Assembly: GCA_964057225.1 (NCBI GenBank)
Contig: OZ059895.1
Span: forward strand, 17,980,001 to 18,044,000
DNA length: 64,000 nucleotides
Reading direction: 5' to 3'
Source of the DNA: Auanema rhodensis
Taxonomy: Eukaryota > Animalia > Nematoda
The position numbers and the translations under genes were made by a program. The notes under the pieces are model-generated. The model did no database searches, was not told the origin of the DNA, and saw only the letters and a program-made list of their open reading frames with translations. Shown here one piece after another: positions 59,001-64,000 of the stretch (positions are counted from its first letter, which is position 1; each line of letters opens with the position of its first letter).

Positions 59001-61806
59001 GATTATTTAATGCTGAAAATCTGGTTTTACTCGAAAAAGGATAGTAGGGTACACAGGTATCCTATAATAAATAAATCATAACTAATTTTGAAAAGAAATC
59101 CTACTTCTCCTAATAACTCATCTCTCTTCTTGATTAAACCCCAAGGAGATATTCCAATACAAACAACTTTGTTACGGGAACTAGAACCAACACCTAGAAC
59201 AACAATGGTAAAAAAAGTTTTAGTAGTGAAATCACCTTCAAGAGCTGCTGCTACATGTTTCACCACGCCGGCATCAACCCCATTGGTAATGATCCATGCT
59301 CCTGTAGTCATTGCAGCTTTGAGCAAACCTTTACGAAAAACGCGAGACAATTTTGATTGCAAACTGAAGTTATTCATACTTTAGTCTGAGAACTTTATCT
59401 GAATTTCATACTCAAAATTATTAGTTCCTCCGTGGACAGTTATAATTAATTTGGGAGGAGATATTTGCCAGACGTGTTCAAATAACGACATAATATGAGA
59501 AGGGTCTGTATCAAAACCTAGCCGTACATATTGTGCTTTAGTTGGGTGAGGGCCGCCTAAAAATCCAGATTATGATAGCAGCGGCCACATACTCAACCTT
59601 GAAATTCTATCGTTCCAAAGGCATTCGTTGGCAATGAAATCGTATGCTTTTTCAAACTCCATCGCTCATTCGGAGAAACTTTTGTACGACTTTTCTGAAC
59701 AAGGCGTTTAACTAAATATGATCACAAAACAACGCACCCTGACGGTGATCTTGATACCTTCACTTTGGTTGTCATCATCTGTTTCAGTACGTTTTTTCTC
59801 TACAAGAGAATACCCCTTCAAAAATAGTATTAATTTTAGAAATAATGACACAACTGCATACTTGATAATTTAATAATGAACTTGTTAAGGTAGGTATATC
59901 AATATGTGCACTACGGGCACGACCACATCCACATCTAGAAAAATAAATATTAATGAAAGAAACTATAGGTTTAATAACTTTTCAGGATCTTTGTTGGTTG
60001 CAACAAAACGTGCGCATTCCCTTCTACAAAACGTATCAGTTATCCAGTTTGCTCGATTAAGAGACTGTAAAATATAATTTTAAAACAATAACATAAGATA
60101 ATTGCAACATACTAAGTCAGAATCTGCAAATCTCATCTGATTAAAAAGAGGAGTTGGCTGTACGTGAGCACCGTTGGTCTCGGGATATATATCGCTCAAC
60201 TTTCGAACTCCAAACTGAAACCAAGAGATTTGAAAAGAAATGAGTTTATTATAAATATATATGGGAAACTAGAATAACTTGATTTTAGAAAAACGTGGAT
60301 AGATTACTATAGTTTTAAATATTATTATTTACATAAAACAGTAAATATAGATACTACTACCAGATGACCGACGGCCACGTATTTATCCTTGAAAGCATCT
60401 TAAGTGGTACAATAGCAAAAATACATCATGACTCAGCTAAGAGAATTCTAACTAAGCCACTTTCTAGATATGAATGCAGGCTAATATAAATAGTCAATAT
60501 TCGAACTTATTTAAGCAAGAAATGATGAAGTTATGATGCTTTTCCAATATTTAGAAGAATGGGAGGAAACCACTGCTGTAGAGGTTTCAGTGAGTCGATA
60601 AAACAAAGGTGAACAGAGAGTGAATAAAATGTCTGATCGTTATCGCACGACGAGATTTTCTTAACCTGACCAGAAGTAGTTAATATAAAAAAACAAGAGA
60701 AGGAACTTCGTAGTTGATTTAAAATTACGTCTTAGAAATATTGGTTTATATAAGAAAGATAAGTGTGAGAATGACATAATATATAGAAATATCCTACCTT
60801 TGGCATTTCTGATATCGCTACGATACAACAAACGGGGAAGCCACACTCACAAAAGACAAATGAAGATATTTTTCCTCTAATAGGTCAGAGGAGAAGGTGG
60901 GGGAAGACGATAATCACGCATAACAGAGATTAGCAGGAAAGAAAAAGAGCAAATATATTCGAAGTGTAAATTTATGAAGTGAGAAATTAAGAAAAGATCG
61001 ACTAAAGCAGGAAATATCGTATAAAATAAAAGAAGAAAGGGGGATGAAACTCAAAACTTACATTTGGGCTGTTGTCCTTATATTCCGTTACAGCCAGCAT
61101 ATCACGCCAATCCGTGGTGTGAACATTGGGAGGAGGAATGGCATATCCGAGCAGACCTCTACCTTTTCTTGACCAATATCCTCCTGTCAAAGATCCTGAA
61201 AATAAGGTATAAAATCTGGAATAAAAAATAAAAATCACCCAAAGACCTACGAAAGTTGCGTCTACGCATGACAAAACTAGAAATGAGACATAGTTAATCT
61301 AGTGCCAAACAAGGGATAAAAGAATTTGTTACATAATAGGGCTATCATGAGTTCAGTGAGTGAAATATAACATCAATCTATTTCCAATAAAAAATAAATA
61401 ACTAACCACTTCGCCTTCTTCTATGTCGACGTCTTTGCTTTTTGGTTTCCTTCTCGGTAAAAACATCATCATCGTTCTCTAATGTGATGATATTAGAGTT
61501 ATTCCCAGGCATAGATCTCAACTGAAATTAAATTTACATACTTATTCATCGAAAAAAGAACAAACTGAAATATTCTCCGTAAATACAGAATCTTCATAGT
61601 TAGATAAATGCACAGAAGGTAAAAGCTTAACTTTCTCCTCTCTATCTGCCACAACGGTTTTCCGTGTCATGCTAGTTTCCAGCCTTAAACCATGGCCAGG
61701 TGGCTAAAGAAAATATTTGAAGAAAAAGTCATTAATTGTATCATACCGTTACAGTTGATTCCTGATCACCAGTGTCTGTAGCAAAACAGACGATAGAGGA
61801 ACGTTT
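53027..61806 (-). CDS. gon-2: TRPM cation channel, gon-2/gtl-1 clade; 5' end unresolved
   Basis: TRPM motifs [79 protein letters not shown] and TRP box WLFQRY. Coding-like exons continue to at least ~61806. gon-2 versus gtl-1 is not decided with certainty. Confidence 0.85.
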
Positions 61807-63699
61807 CTGAAAAATCATTTTGTTAAATATATCTAGGCTTCATCTTATAAAATAGAAAAAACAATAAACAGAAAAAATCGAAACAATTTTTCACTTCGTC
61901 TCATAAAATATTGAACATAAAAACGCCACAAAAATCACAGGGCAGGAAGAACAAATATTTTGGATAGGCAAATAATCGAGAAAGTCTTATCCTAGAAGAC
62001 TGATAATCAATATTACAAGTTATAAGCGCTGCCTTTAGAGATACAGAACACAAGCAGTACAATATACTATTGACCTGCTAGGAAGAAAAGTTAAGATCAA
62101 TGAATTGGATGAGAACAGCTTAGATTATACAAATCGTCGCTAAAAAAATCTTTAAAATACATCTGGACATTAAAAAAACCTGCTATCAGAAAAGACACCC
62201 AGACATTCCATGCTCAATCTTGCGATCTTTTAAACATTAAAGGACGATTGATTACGGTCGGAAATTTTTATTACTATTTTTTGTAAACCTTTCTTAACTT
62301 TTAAAGAGAAAGATGATTGAATATAAAAAATCAATAGAATACGATAATATATATATATATATCAATGAATGTTTAACAATCACAACAAAGAAAAGCAAAT
62401 GAAAGCTCCAACTTTGATAACATAGTATTAGAGAACATAAGCTCAATTTGAATATTATTTTTCGCTCAATTATTGTAATAGAGGCACGCTCATTCGTAAA
62501 CAGAGTGCAGCTGTCTAATATCTAACCTGTATAAGACCATAGGAGCCGACTGGATGAGACATCAGGTGTTGTATGCTGCTTCAACACACACAGTTGATTT
62601 TCGAAATAAAAAAATAATACTGAATAGGCTCTCTTTTAATTCTTTAAAAAAAAATCTAACTTACATTTAATACAAGCTGTTTTATCTACAAGTTATATAT
62701 GGATTTTATCAGCTATTCTGAAAATAAATATTAAAGTTAGCGGAAATTTCAAAGAAATATCAATATGTTGTACAAGAGATCAAAAACAACAAGGTTTTTA
62801 TTGTGATGTTCATATTTTCATCTTAATATGAACTAATGAATACCGAGATTCATGAAAGATAACAATGTTATTTACAGTAAGAAGCGTTACATTGGCATTT
62901 TAAAAGTTTAAAATGAGCAGCGAAATGGTGAGATCGAAATAAAAAGTTTTTGTCTATAGCTAATTTGTCTAGGAATGCTGGATAAAAAAGTAAAAGTATC
63001 GTTTAATTGGAGACAATGTTGCCTTCAACGAAGATTAAAAAGAAAATGAAAAGTTATATCTTTATAAGGATAGTATTAGTAGCAGAGATGCAGCAGGAAG
63101 TATACAATTTAGCTCATAAGAGGTAGTACAACTTAAAAATTAAAGGACACCTCCTATCTAGATTTAATGTGCAATACAGAAAAATATTTTTTAGTTAAAC
63201 TTTTCACTTAACAAGAATTTTCAATCGATTTTCATCGTTTCAGACAATTTAGAACAATAGAATATTGAGTAGGACATATATTAGTGGGCATCTATCGATA
63301 ATGTTAAATTTTTTTATTGATACACTGTGGTCAGAATACCTGGTCATTTTGAAATTTATGCGAAAAGTTGATTATTCGCAAAACTGGTTTCAAGCATCAT
63401 AATCAGAATTAGGGCAGTATAGGTCTTCGGTAAAGGACAAAATTAATTTTATCAGGTCATAGCTAATGTGAAAAGTCAAAAAATTATCTTAATTTCAGAG
63501 AAGATAGCGTGAAAAGGTTGGAAATGCTTCTGAAAATTCTATAGCTATAGTAATGATTATATGAATGATATAACTAATATGCTGTTTCACATAAACAATA
63601 GAGAATATCTATCTTGAATATACCATTTCTTCTGTGATCCGACGTGATATAGACATAATTAGATACATCGTACGCTATTAATAAAAATTGTATTCAATT

Positions 63700-63835
63700 A
63701 CTCTCTCTATTCCTTTCCCTTCTCCTCTCTTTCGCTCTTACCTTTGCCTCTTTTTCTATCTGTATCATTATCTCCTTGTTTCTCTCTCTCTCTCTCTCTG
63801 TCTCTTTTATTTCTTCTGTATTTTCCTTCTCTCGA
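63700..63835. repeat. CT-rich polypyrimidine tract with a (CT)n microsatellite
   Basis: tctctctctctctctctctg at ~63781 inside a pyrimidine-rich stretch. Confidence 0.6.
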
Positions 63836-64000
63836 TCATCACCTCCTCTTCACACAGATAAAGGTGATAGTGGTGATCGTGTAGGATTACCAAATTCTTG
63901 GGATGATCATCAGGAAAATCTTTTAAGAGGCAGTCCTGCCAGTGTGGAAAGTCAGTTTGAAAAAGAAAACCAACAAGCATATCTAAATGATAGACCAGTT

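Noticed and set aside
63890-63990. Possible upstream TRPM exon on the minus strand
   Set aside because: It has plausible AG/GT ends and an open frame, but no recognisable homology, so it was left out of the gene model.

Overview
Eukaryotic DNA from a compact, AT-rich rhabditid nematode genome (mostly 42-70 nt GT-AG introns, TTTCAG/TTTTAG acceptors, clear C. elegans homologues). The left two thirds (1-41.3 kb) is a cluster of at least 19 intron-containing genes for secreted, low-complexity Gly-rich proteins. It comprises one partial minus-strand gene (A), a 4.1-4.35 kb duplication carrying two ~1000-aa multi-block proteins (B, C), and a head-to-tail array of 16 ~2-kb units (D0-D15). Each D unit encodes signal peptide + Gly/Ala/His 11-mer block + Gly/Tyr 11-mer block. 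Each array unit also carries, on the opposite strand, the complete terminal exon (MH2 end plus SSxS phospho-tail) and 3' UTR of the neighbouring R-Smad gene, so there are 15 orphan copies plus the real one. The right third is conserved single-copy sequence: an R-Smad (daf-8-like, minus strand), a candidate operon ran-4/NTF2 - TMEM208 - SMPD4 - paxt-1 (plus strand), an unrecognised multi-exon gene, and a TRPM channel (gon-2-like, minus strand, 5' end unresolved). All gene models were spliced by hand and no database searches were run.
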